Positions 37,201 to 45,287 of a DNA stretch of 64,000 bases are shown piece after piece (the stretch's first letter is position 1; each line of letters begins with the position of its first letter). The stretch is taken from contig JBJEMO010000071.1 in the NCBI GenBank assembly GCA_051879715.1, forward strand, positions 4,762 through 68,761, read 5' to 3'. The notes under the pieces were generated by a model. That model made no database searches and was not told where the DNA came from. It worked only from the letters and a program-made list of their open reading frames with translations. This DNA is from Bilifractor sp. (GTDB lineage: Bacteria; Bacillota; Clostridia; Lachnospirales; Lachnospiraceae). The position numbers and the translations under genes are program-made.

Positions 37201-37681
37201 CCTCCTCTGTAAAAGCATTCTGCTCTTTTACATTGGTAATGTTTTGGATACGTTCATTGTCAGCTTCCGGAATAGTATTTTCCGGTTCGCTGCCATAATG
37301 ATCATGGGAATTGCTTTCGGATGTGATCTCTGAAAAACCGTGCTCTGTCTGTACCTCCACATCTTCTGATGCCATCTGAATGATCGCGGCGTCCGGCTCT
37401 GCAAAATCAGCGTACTGCACATAGTAGCGATATGCGCTTTCCGCTTCAGCGGCGGATGCAAACTGCAGAAGGTAGCTTCCTTCATACGAGGACAAAATTG
37501 TATCCTGTTTCCGTATGACGTTTTGGACTGTGGTGCCAACAAACAATCTGCGAGAGGAAAAATCCGATGCTGCCCGGTAGGCTTCCTCTGCATATGCCGT
37601 TATAGATAGGAACGGCTGTAAAATCATCGAAAAAAGCAGCATGACAGGAACAATCCTGCGTAATTTTTGTCGTTTTATCAT
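34295..37681 (-). CDS. Adhesin 5' exon read as an unspliced ORF (1128 aa). The ORF stops 4 codons into the intron (exon proper ends 34310-34312).
   Basis: Signal peptide MIKRQKLRRIVPVMLLFSMILQPFLSITAYA. S8 protease catalytic motifs ALIDTGV, HGTKMA and STSEAAARLSG. Two domains with GAVYELW / GATYEIW. A QxW lectin domain (AQKFKLESVGDGYYKIVNVNSGLVLDV..NQKW). TYTVTETKAPKGYKV. The start overlaps the upstream pilin stop by 4 nt. Confidence 0.85.
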   Translation of the reverse strand: MIKRQKLRRIVPVMLLFSMILQPFLSITAYAEEAYRAASDFSSRRLFVGTTVQNVIRKQDTILSSYEGSYLLQFASAAEAESAYRYYVQYADFAEPDAAIIQMASEDVEVQTEHGFSEITSESNSHDHYGSEPENTIPEADNERIQNITNVKEQNAFTEEVNPLSELSDAVSGDLSAGSAPYTSGNGVIALIDTGVSPGSNVIESVSMLGDDVKDDNGHGTKMAACIISENPDARILSIKALDANGNGTPSSVYAAIRYAMERKVSVINLSLSGAKKADSSAIAEIIKEAVKAGITVIGAAGNNSRDAKYYIPGCIEEAVIAGAADSDGRMTGGTNYGGTVDYYVAAESTSEAAARLSGIYSTTGSFAKQGAVFTSALEGSRSSEKEQSGNGQSQKTENSASVSVKVIRETEQGKIIDVDGMWFLAAKDFDTGVPWKTINSNALSGGLAAADADLSPVACQTVNHSYGYGTTDKEVGYVNGTGGQGRFDFGGIHSGMLNVSTAQSRMTNTGTEFYGAAHDDAFCIEGGQVFHTSWQKATDLVNTWAKVTKTNTHLITEDEVRRMALARDYAYAHNSTHADRYRDAQACVYYILGSLGYDKLSEAQKNAVAYADKYKNYATVVYARRMVGGNNQDTAVFEVEMNPVYLRLQKTEQAGAGSTAGAVYELWRDYPSGKGGTGTGISLIIGSDGYSQTVELEPGHDYWYHELTPPKSGRYVKDDTWHHITQYQLQPYKTYSIPLTERTTDPAYVYARIHKSGSYAGGSVAGATYEIWQDNTKENGGIATGKSFVIQSDGYSNTVELVSGHTYWYHEMSGPTNGNYAVDDTWYQITPDQLSAAANESAPYQIDIGEPDKPAYTYLTKTSSNTDVTNNNRCYSLDGAQFYLKNTTPTYHIINKYSEKAIDLHAISTDPGTNVEQYNKHDGLGQKFYLISASTKKPISASEAVNNEFYIVSALKKSMALEAAYGGTTNGTNVRLWPWNQSAAQKFKLESVGDGYYKIVNVNSGLVLDVEAASKDNEANVHLWTYVGDENQKWKPEDNPIHYTLTTDASGNTPKTQVVADTYTVTETKAPKGYKVPTEGIPDVTVSFDNTENNPAHIQVEDTPGLDPVPILLQKRDAETGKDVRRV

Positions 37682-38817
37682 GTTTTTCCCCCTTTCTTCC
37701 TGTGATAGAACAGGGCAAGCATGGCTGCAATTAACAGAACAGTTCCAGTCAAAAGATAGACTTTGCGGTCTCCGGTCTGTACAAGGCCCCCGGTCTTATC
37801 TGTGTCCCGGGTGTTCAGAAACTCCGCCTTCTGGACATCCGTGCGCTGAATATGTCCGGTATCACCACTGGATGTTGTAACATAGCCGGATTTTCCAGCC
37901 TCATCCTCACGGATACGGTAGAAAGTCCCTGCAGGGATGTCTTCGATTGTCACTGTCTCATCCGGTGAGATCAACAAAGTATCTCCGCTTTTTACACTGC
38001 CCTTCTGACCGTTTGTATTCGTGTAGGGGTAAGCGATTGCAGAGGCATCCAGGCAGAATAGCTGTTCTTTGTCCGAATTGGCAGGAATGCTTTCACCTGT
38101 ACGGTCATTGTTTTCAAATGTCACGATAAAATGGAAGGCTTTTCTCTCTGCTGCATTTCCTGCAATTTTTTTCCGGATTTCCAGTTTTCCGGATGATATG
38201 GGTTTGGGAGAAACAGAAATATCATAGGACCATCCCGCAGATCCGGATGCTTGTGCCTGTTTCATTTCAGGTACACTGATCAGGCATGGTACAGAGGCAT
38301 AGTGGTGTGCAGCAGATGTGGTTTCCGCAAGCAGATAAGCGGCAGGCTCCACATCCTGGAAGATGAGATTTCCCTGATCATCTGTCGTTCCAGAGACAGG
38401 CATCCCGAGGTTCTCTGCGCGATATACCTTCTGAACTGCTTCCAGAAAACGGGCCGGCTGGGCATCCAGCGTAAGCGGAGGGTTCGCCCGTCCCTCTTCC
38501 TCTGTCATTTCCCATGCAGAGGGTTCTGCGAGGTTCTCCCGGATGATCAGGCCCGGAAGAATCGGCTGATACCTTGTGCCAATTGCATCGTTATCTTTTG
38601 AAATTGCGGTGAATTCCGCAAGTTTATACAGGGTGAAGACAGCGCCACGTACAGGATCGTTTCCTTTCCCGCCTTCCCTGTATGTAATGGTGACCGTTCC
38701 TCTTTTCCCTTCTGTATGTACTTCCTGAAGAGGTTCCGCAAAAGCTGATATACAGTGAAAAAAGAACAAAGGGATACTCAGCAGCACTGTCAGGATGGCC
38801 GCCAGTTTTCTTTTCAT
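37678..38817 (-). CDS. Sortase-assembled pilin (probable backbone subunit)
   Basis: Signal peptide, CnaB-like start (GTVTITYREGG..GAVFTLYKL), E-box-like YLLAETTSAAHHY and pilin-motif-like WSYDISVSPKP. The C-terminus is LVQTGD + TM + HRKKGGKT. Confidence 0.75.
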   Translation of the reverse strand: MKRKLAAILTVLLSIPLFFFHCISAFAEPLQEVHTEGKRGTVTITYREGGKGNDPVRGAVFTLYKLAEFTAISKDNDAIGTRYQPILPGLIIRENLAEPSAWEMTEEEGRANPPLTLDAQPARFLEAVQKVYRAENLGMPVSGTTDDQGNLIFQDVEPAAYLLAETTSAAHHYASVPCLISVPEMKQAQASGSAGWSYDISVSPKPISSGKLEIRKKIAGNAAERKAFHFIVTFENNDRTGESIPANSDKEQLFCLDASAIAYPYTNTNGQKGSVKSGDTLLISPDETVTIEDIPAGTFYRIREDEAGKSGYVTTSSGDTGHIQRTDVQKAEFLNTRDTDKTGGLVQTGDRKVYLLTGTVLLIAAMLALFYHRKKGGKT

Positions 38818-38818
38818 T

Positions 38819-41800
38819 TTATTTTCCTTTCTGTGGGAGCCTGTAAACGGAATGTTTTCGTGGATGTTTTTTCTTTCGTACGATCAGGTATGCTGTACCG
38901 GCAAGGCATCCTGAGATCACATAGAAAAACCAGGTACCCTTTCCTCCGGTATGGAGTGTAATCGTCCTGTAATTCTCGACAAGTACGCTGGCAATCCCGG
39001 ATTTGTGTGAGAGAGGAACAGCTTTCCGGTTCTTTGCAAATACCGTGCCGTCATCTATGGTGAGTGCTGCGCCATAGCTGGAAACCGGCTGATTGCTCTC
39101 TGCTGCATTGGGCAGCAGGTTTCCATCCTTTGGCTGTGTGCTGTTCAGTGTGATTCTGAAGCGGTTCTTCAGAAGATTGAAGTGAGAAGAGGTAGACTTT
39201 TCTGTAATAAGATACGACTCTGAATCCAGCCCGCGCAGGCGGAGCATGCCCCGGGCACTGCTTTTATCAGTGTTTCCGCCCGTTCCTGCACCTGAATGGT
39301 CCGGAGTGCCTGTATCTGAAGCGGCAGTGCCGGAGTGAGAAGGGCTTACGAGCTGCGTCACCACACATGTTCTGGAAGGAGTCGTACCCGTGGTTGTCAG
39401 GCATAATTTTCCTTCGGTCTTGGTAAGATGCAGGTCATAGGCATATCCTTCTTCCTGTTCCAGCGCAGAACCTCTGATTGAACCACGGTCAGCAGAAATG
39501 ATTTCCTCAATTGCTCCGTCTGCAGGTGACCACACATGATAAGAGCCGTCAATCAGATGTCCGTCTGCATCCCGGTCCTGTACAAAAAATACATATGCCA
39601 GATCTGTTTCAACACTTCCATTTGTGGCTGGATCAGGATCATATTGTTTTTCCTGCTGCACAGTAAAGGTAACATCTGCTGCATCGAAGCTGTGTGCATC
39701 GCTGATAGAATTACCGTGTATATCCCGGGTTCCGTCTGCTGACTTTCCAAGCTTCGTGACATCAAGCTCATAGGTGAAAATATGTACAGGATTTCCTTCA
39801 ATCTCCCGCAGCAGCGTATTCTGATTTCTCCAGGCGAGGGTTGGACGGTTTGTGTTGAATGTTCTTCCATCCATGCTTCCGATCACTGCATTCTGATTCA
39901 GAGTACAGTCGAATTCCACAATAACCTGCGAAGCCACTTTCAGATTGTCCAGCTTTCTCAGTCCTTCATCCGTCAGGGAAACCGTAAAGCCGTGTACATT
40001 TTCATTTCCATTTGCTACGGTTCCGTCTGGCGTGAAACACGAATCTGCATCATTTGTCAGATGCACTGCTTCGGCTGCATCTGCATTTCCCGTTGTGCAG
40101 GTAATGACATAATCTTTTCCAGGCTCAAGCTCCATATTGGTCGCGTATAATGCGGCATCAGATGCATCGCTTTCCCTGGTATCAAACTGGGAGAGCTTTT
40201 CCGGTCTGGCTATTTTTCCGCGAAGTGCAACCCGTGTGACCTTCTGCAGGGTCAGTCCGCTGCTCATGGTATCTGATATCCGGAATTCCCTGTTTCGTCT
40301 GGATTCTCCGTTCTCCTTCAGATACATGGGCACCGGGACGTCCGCGTAGATAATCTGATGAATATTCTGTCCGATATGATAATCCTGACGTTCAGTCAGC
40401 GTGTCTCCGTCATCCGCTACGACCTTTTTTGCGATCGAAGTCATATTATTTTTGGGATAAACGTTCATATCGTACTGCCATACAGTCCCTGCACCGTATG
40501 TAACAGTGTTCCCGGATCCCTTCTCTGCCTTGACAAGGTCAGCAAGGTTCGTCTGTGGAAGACTGACCAGAAACGGTGAACAGGGATTGTAGATCACATA
40601 GGGGTTCTGTGTACCGTCTTCGGCATCTGTAAAGTCTCCACCGCCAGCCTGCACATCACCATCAGCTGCATATCTCTGGGATGCGGCATTCCTTGCATGC
40701 TCCTGCTCGATATCAGTGTCGTCATTGAAGTTCAGATCACTGGAAGTGACTTCTTTTCTGCTGTTTACAGCTGCACCATTGTTTGACTGTTTTTGGAAAG
40801 TTTCGCCCGTATTTGGCTTTTCATCGCCATCCGCATCATAGATATAATCGCGGTAAACCTTCTCATATAGCTTATTGCCGTTCTCTTCAATACCTGTATA
40901 GGAAAAATAACCTGTCTCGGCAACGACATAGAGCCCCAGATCAAGATCGGTCATAACCGTCTTCCCTTTTTCGGGATTTATCGGTGAGAGAAGGCCGGTT
41001 TCGCCATTGTAATACACCGTCCTGTCTTCTTCTGAGAGCTGTGCGCCGGTCGCCGCAAAATCCTTACCCTTTGTAGTGGGATGTGGTACAAGGCCATTTC
41101 CATTACGTATCTTCGTACCTGCAGATAGAAGTGCTGCATTTTCGATGTACTGGTTCAATAAAGTTTCGCCGGTCCAGGTATTCTGATCTCCATTCGCATC
41201 TTTTATCCTCTCCAGAATTACTTCCATCTGTTCGGCCGACCAGTAAAGGGATCCGTCAATCACGGTGGCATAATCAGTTACCTTGATACCGCATTTTCTG
41301 GCGACCTCGGAAAATCCATAATCCAGATTGCTGTAATATACACCTGTCTCTCCGTATACAGATCTGTCATCAGAGCCGGGATGATCCTGTATCACAGACA
41401 GATTTTGACTTCGCCTTCCGGACACATGTACCAGATCTGCGATCTTTGCAGTTGAAAAAACAATGTTCGGTATGCCGTCCCGTCTGGATGCTGCATCGTC
41501 ACCAAATGAGGCGTGATACATGCCATCCCCCTCAAACGTTCTTCCGTTTTCATCATTTAACTTGTAAATAGTAATGGATCCTGTCTTGCCACGGTCAATG
41601 GTGTCCTTGCTGATGGTGGGGTCTTTTCCAATATCATAATTTGCATCTTCAGTGCCCGTTTTCCATCCCCCACTGCTGTAATGTGAAAAGGATCCAGGCA
41701 TATCATCTGCAAGACGAATGATGCCGGAAGAATACAGCGGTGACGCTGCTGCGGATACGGTTCCCAGGGCACTTCCCAGAATTGCTGCAAGCATACCCGT

Positions 41801-41842
41801 AAGAAATCTTTTCCGGGTCTTAATTATTGGTGTCTTTTTCAT
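38819..41842 (-). CDS. Large pilin/tip-adhesin subunit (1007 aa)
   Basis: Signal peptide, GSITIYKL CnaB-like start and the canonical pilin motif WQYDMNVYPKN. The C-terminus is TLHTGG + hydrophobic stretch + RKKKHPRK. Confidence 0.75.
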   Translation of the reverse strand: MKKTPIIKTRKRFLTGMLAAILGSALGTVSAAASPLYSSGIIRLADDMPGSFSHYSSGGWKTGTEDANYDIGKDPTISKDTIDRGKTGSITIYKLNDENGRTFEGDGMYHASFGDDAASRRDGIPNIVFSTAKIADLVHVSGRRSQNLSVIQDHPGSDDRSVYGETGVYYSNLDYGFSEVARKCGIKVTDYATVIDGSLYWSAEQMEVILERIKDANGDQNTWTGETLLNQYIENAALLSAGTKIRNGNGLVPHPTTKGKDFAATGAQLSEEDRTVYYNGETGLLSPINPEKGKTVMTDLDLGLYVVAETGYFSYTGIEENGNKLYEKVYRDYIYDADGDEKPNTGETFQKQSNNGAAVNSRKEVTSSDLNFNDDTDIEQEHARNAASQRYAADGDVQAGGGDFTDAEDGTQNPYVIYNPCSPFLVSLPQTNLADLVKAEKGSGNTVTYGAGTVWQYDMNVYPKNNMTSIAKKVVADDGDTLTERQDYHIGQNIHQIIYADVPVPMYLKENGESRRNREFRISDTMSSGLTLQKVTRVALRGKIARPEKLSQFDTRESDASDAALYATNMELEPGKDYVITCTTGNADAAEAVHLTNDADSCFTPDGTVANGNENVHGFTVSLTDEGLRKLDNLKVASQVIVEFDCTLNQNAVIGSMDGRTFNTNRPTLAWRNQNTLLREIEGNPVHIFTYELDVTKLGKSADGTRDIHGNSISDAHSFDAADVTFTVQQEKQYDPDPATNGSVETDLAYVFFVQDRDADGHLIDGSYHVWSPADGAIEEIISADRGSIRGSALEQEEGYAYDLHLTKTEGKLCLTTTGTTPSRTCVVTQLVSPSHSGTAASDTGTPDHSGAGTGGNTDKSSARGMLRLRGLDSESYLITEKSTSSHFNLLKNRFRITLNSTQPKDGNLLPNAAESNQPVSSYGAALTIDDGTVFAKNRKAVPLSHKSGIASVLVENYRTITLHTGGKGTWFFYVISGCLAGTAYLIVRKKKHPRKHSVYRLPQKGK

Positions 41843-42121
41843 ATTGTGTTTTCCTTTCCTTCTTTTTTCCTTCTTTCCGGTTACCTCGATTCGTGATTAT
41901 GCCCACCATGTTCGTCCATAAATTTAAATTATGAACATGTCTATTATCTTGAATGTATCTAGACGTTCAATTATACATAAATAAACGTTCATTTTTGACT
42001 GTTCATATTTTATAAATGGACTTTGCTCTACATTGTCGCTGATAAAAGCCATTATTTCGATTTATCTTTTAATTCCTCTAATATATCTTTTGATTGATTT
42101 ATTAAGATTTTTTCAGACTTT

Positions 42122-43051
42122 TTACTCTGTCCCCTTATTTTTCCGATCCCTTTTGAAATTTGTTATGACTCCGAAAGCCACTATGCCGGCAGGTACGATG
42201 ATACAGAGCAGAAGTCTTCGGAGCAGCTTCTGCTCCGTTTTTATGAAATTTTTCTCTTCTGACTTTAGCGGAAGATCCGGATAAATACGCTCTGCCCGGA
42301 GTATAATACGTGCATCATTGATGCCGAATGGAGTACAGGTGTACAACGTAATTTCGTCGGCATTCTGATTCATCTGCAGAAGCGGAAGCTCATCAGGCCC
42401 CTGCTGCACTGTTCTTTTATGCAGAATCCTGTAGCGATGGATTTCATCCAGAACGTGAATACGGACTTCATCTCCAGGCTGCAGTTTTTTTATATCGGTA
42501 AATAATTTTGCAGTTGAAAGGCCTGTGTGACCTGCAAGGATCGCATTCGTATCTTTGCCTCCCAGCGGAAGGCTGGATCCATACATATGCCCTGCCGCGT
42601 ATTGCAGAAGCTCGTCCGAGGTGCCATGTCCGACAGGCAGATATAGGTGGATTTTGGGAATGTCCAGCACTGCCATAATGTTTGCATCGTCTTCCGCATT
42701 ATCTGAGGATAATAGGGATTCATATCTCGGATCGCCAGCCTCAGCGCCCTGATACCAGAAACCGTTCTGCATCTGTTTTTGCGCAATTTCTGCATTGTAG
42801 GACCGTACTCTTTGCTTCTCCTGCTCTATTTCCTGTTCGGTCTGATGATGAAATTCATCTGCGTAAGCCTGCATGCTTCTGCTCTGCCGGATAGCAGAAA
42901 GCGTATTGAAAATGAAAGGTAATTCGAAAAACAGTACTGCTGCTGTAAGTAACAAGCTGGCCATAAGAATTCTGCTGTCCCTGACTTTGGGTTTATCTCT
43001 TGCCTTGTTCCGGTTTCGTTCCCGGAGGAAAAATATTCTGTTATTTGTCAT
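42122..43051 (-). CDS. srtC: Class C (pilin-polymerising) sortase
   Basis: N-terminal TM segment, ILAGHTG His motif, TLYTCTPFGINDARIILRAERI (TLxTC + Arg) and a C-terminal TM anchor. Confidence 0.85.
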   Translation of the reverse strand: MTNNRIFFLRERNRNKARDKPKVRDSRILMASLLLTAAVLFFELPFIFNTLSAIRQSRSMQAYADEFHHQTEQEIEQEKQRVRSYNAEIAQKQMQNGFWYQGAEAGDPRYESLLSSDNAEDDANIMAVLDIPKIHLYLPVGHGTSDELLQYAAGHMYGSSLPLGGKDTNAILAGHTGLSTAKLFTDIKKLQPGDEVRIHVLDEIHRYRILHKRTVQQGPDELPLLQMNQNADEITLYTCTPFGINDARIILRAERIYPDLPLKSEEKNFIKTEQKLLRRLLLCIIVPAGIVAFGVITNFKRDRKNKGTE

Positions 43052-43144
43052 CTTCTATTCCTTTCCGGCTTTTCAATTTATGGTTCTGTATCTGTCGCCA
43101 TTATTCTGTATCTTTCAGCATTATTTCTGTCAGTATTTCTGAAT

Positions 43145-44053
43145 TTATACATCTGTATCGGTATTGGCATTTTGAAATTCCCGATTTGAACGTTTGTTTT
43201 TCCTTCTTTTCCTGAAATAAAAGAGGCAGAACAGAATATAAGCCACAGGTATGCCCCCAATTACTGCCGTTTTCAGGATCTGTATACGGGATGTGGTGGA
43301 AAGCATGGATAATTCGCTCCTGGAGCCTTCTTTTACGGAGCGTGTAAATATTCCCTGAATGATCAGACGGTGATCATTGATTCCATAGGGTGTACAGGTA
43401 TACAGGGTTATCATCCGTTTGTCTGGAATAATCTGCAGATATGGGTCTTCGTCATCCGGCAGTACAATTTTTATATCCTTTACGGTATAGGTATGTATTT
43501 CGTCAAGAATATGGATATAGAACGTGTCCCCCGCCCTTAATTTATCCAGATCTGTAAACAGCCTTGCGCTGGTGAGCCCCGTATGTCCTGCAATGACTGC
43601 ATTTGTGCCTGTTTCTCCTGTCGGAAGTGAGGTGCCATACATATGACCGGCATTAGTGGACATTTTTCCTGTTTCTGTTCCATGTACAACAGGAAGATCA
43701 ATGCCTGCAGCAGGAATGCGGATACGGCATATAATATCGTTTTCGCTACAATACAGCGCTTTCATGTATGCTTTATCCCACATCCCATCCCCGCTGTACT
43801 GAAAACCATGCTTCTGCTGTGCGCTGAAAACCGTCCGGTTATAGGTGCGGGCACTTTCCCATTGCAATCTCGTCTGTTCTGCGTCCAGTTCTGACAGACC
43901 TTCCTGATAACCCGTCAGGCTTTGGAGCTGCCGGGCTTTCTGTAATGCATCCATGAATGATGGAGCAATGCCAGCCAAAATTGCGATGAGAATCAGGAGA
44001 CATGCAAGCGGCTCTGTATATTTCTGCCTGTTTTTTCTTGTTCGCCTTTCCAT
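43145..44053 (-). CDS. srtC: Class C (pilin-polymerising) sortase, second copy
   Basis: VIAGHTG, ITLYTCTPYGINDHRLIIQG, and N- and C-terminal TM segments. Confidence 0.85.
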   Translation of the reverse strand: MERRTRKNRQKYTEPLACLLILIAILAGIAPSFMDALQKARQLQSLTGYQEGLSELDAEQTRLQWESARTYNRTVFSAQQKHGFQYSGDGMWDKAYMKALYCSENDIICRIRIPAAGIDLPVVHGTETGKMSTNAGHMYGTSLPTGETGTNAVIAGHTGLTSARLFTDLDKLRAGDTFYIHILDEIHTYTVKDIKIVLPDDEDPYLQIIPDKRMITLYTCTPYGINDHRLIIQGIFTRSVKEGSRSELSMLSTTSRIQILKTAVIGGIPVAYILFCLFYFRKRRKNKRSNREFQNANTDTDV

Positions 44054-44832
44054 TGGCTGCTCCTCCAGGATGCAGGTTCCTGTGTTACCATTACTTCGGT
44101 TTCTATTCCAATAATTACGAACCTTTTCCTGGTGCCTGCACTCCCATTACAGGTAGATAGAGTAACAAATCGCGCATGATCCGCCGGCATAGCTGCATTC
44201 ATGTAAAGTGATTCTGCCCTGCGCTTCTCCTGCCAGCGCCGAAAGGTCATGTCTGAGCCAAAGTGGCAGGTATAAATTTCTGACCCGCTATAGGTAGGAA
44301 GCACCGAATAGAATGCATAGGTATGTCTTGTGCCGTCCGGCAGGTAGAGTGTAAAAGAGTGATCTTTGAAGGATTTGTCTGTGTAACGTGAAGGAAGCCT
44401 GCCAAACATGGAACCATCTGCCATATTGTGGCCATACAGAATAGAGTTTTGATCTGTAAAGGAGGATGCATTTGCGGCCTCCAGAAAAATACTGCCCCCG
44501 TAATTAGGTGTGCGGTCAGGAAGTGCATGAAGATAGGTGTTATTGTCTGTACCCTGCATGACCGGGTAACTGATATCGTCCAGAATCAGCCATGCCACAA
44601 TATCCATGTCTCGGTACAGTTCCCAGTTGATGACCGGATCTTTGGCTGACTCCTGTGCAGCATCCACAGCAGGTTCCCCCGGTGTGATCATGCTCTCCTG
44701 TCGGAGTCTGCGATACGTTCTTGCGCTGTTATAATACTCTGCTATTTCCGGAATGAGATACATAGCACAGCCCACGATGATCAGAAGCAGTACAGCGTAG
44801 ATGAGAAATTGTATATTTTTGCTTTTTTCCAT
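43993..44832 (-). CDS. srtB: Class B-like sortase
   Basis: ILYGHNMADGSMFG and VTLSTCNGSAGTRKRFVIIG motifs with an N-terminal TM anchor. It is the first gene of the operon, and its 3' end overlaps the next sortase gene by about 60 nt. Confidence 0.7.
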   Translation of the reverse strand: MEKSKNIQFLIYAVLLLIIVGCAMYLIPEIAEYYNSARTYRRLRQESMITPGEPAVDAAQESAKDPVINWELYRDMDIVAWLILDDISYPVMQGTDNNTYLHALPDRTPNYGGSIFLEAANASSFTDQNSILYGHNMADGSMFGRLPSRYTDKSFKDHSFTLYLPDGTRHTYAFYSVLPTYSGSEIYTCHFGSDMTFRRWQEKRRAESLYMNAAMPADHARFVTLSTCNGSAGTRKRFVIIGIETEVMVTQEPASWRSSQWKGEQEKTGRNIQSRLHVS

Positions 44833-44863
44833 ATTGCTGGAGGATTCTCTTAAGAATCTGACT

Positions 44864-44953
44864 TGGATTTTTGTTTACTGGAATTTTGTTTACCGGATTT
44901 CTGTTTGATGGATTTCTGTTTGACGGATTTCTGTTTAATGGATTTTTGTAATA
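44864..44953. repeat. Six tandem 15-bp repeats (YGGATTTCTGTTTRA) just upstream of the sortase/pilus operon
   Basis: tggatttttgtttac tggaattttgtttac cggatttctgtttga tggatttctgtttga cggatttctgtttaa tggatttttgtaata. The array begins 32 nt upstream of the srtB start codon. Confidence 0.85.
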
Positions 44954-45287
44954 AGTCGGGAAAACATTGAGAAATGAAAAAAAGACCTGATTTCCAGCTG
45001 AGCTGTACAGATATGAAATGGATAGCAGATAAAATGAAATGAATGGGACTATGAATATACAGAATGGAATATGGAAAGTATAACATGGAGTTTTTGGTTC
45101 TGTAAAGTGGTAAATTTCCAAACAGATACCTTGTTCATCCGGTTATGATCGTTCACTGGCCTGCCAGGGAAGCACTTCTCATGCAGTCCTTTGGAGCGGG
45201 TATGAATATCCGCTTATGAGTGAAAACAGACGAATGAGAAGTACCCTTCAGGACAAATTTCTGAACAGTAACTCCATCTGCTGCTGT

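Noticed and set aside
44729-45121. 130-aa and 78-aa minus-strand ORFs upstream of srtB
   Set aside because: Their peptide repeats (NRNPSNRNPS / KQKSVKQKS) are just translations of the 15-bp DNA tandem repeat. There is no RBS, and both overlap the srtB start.
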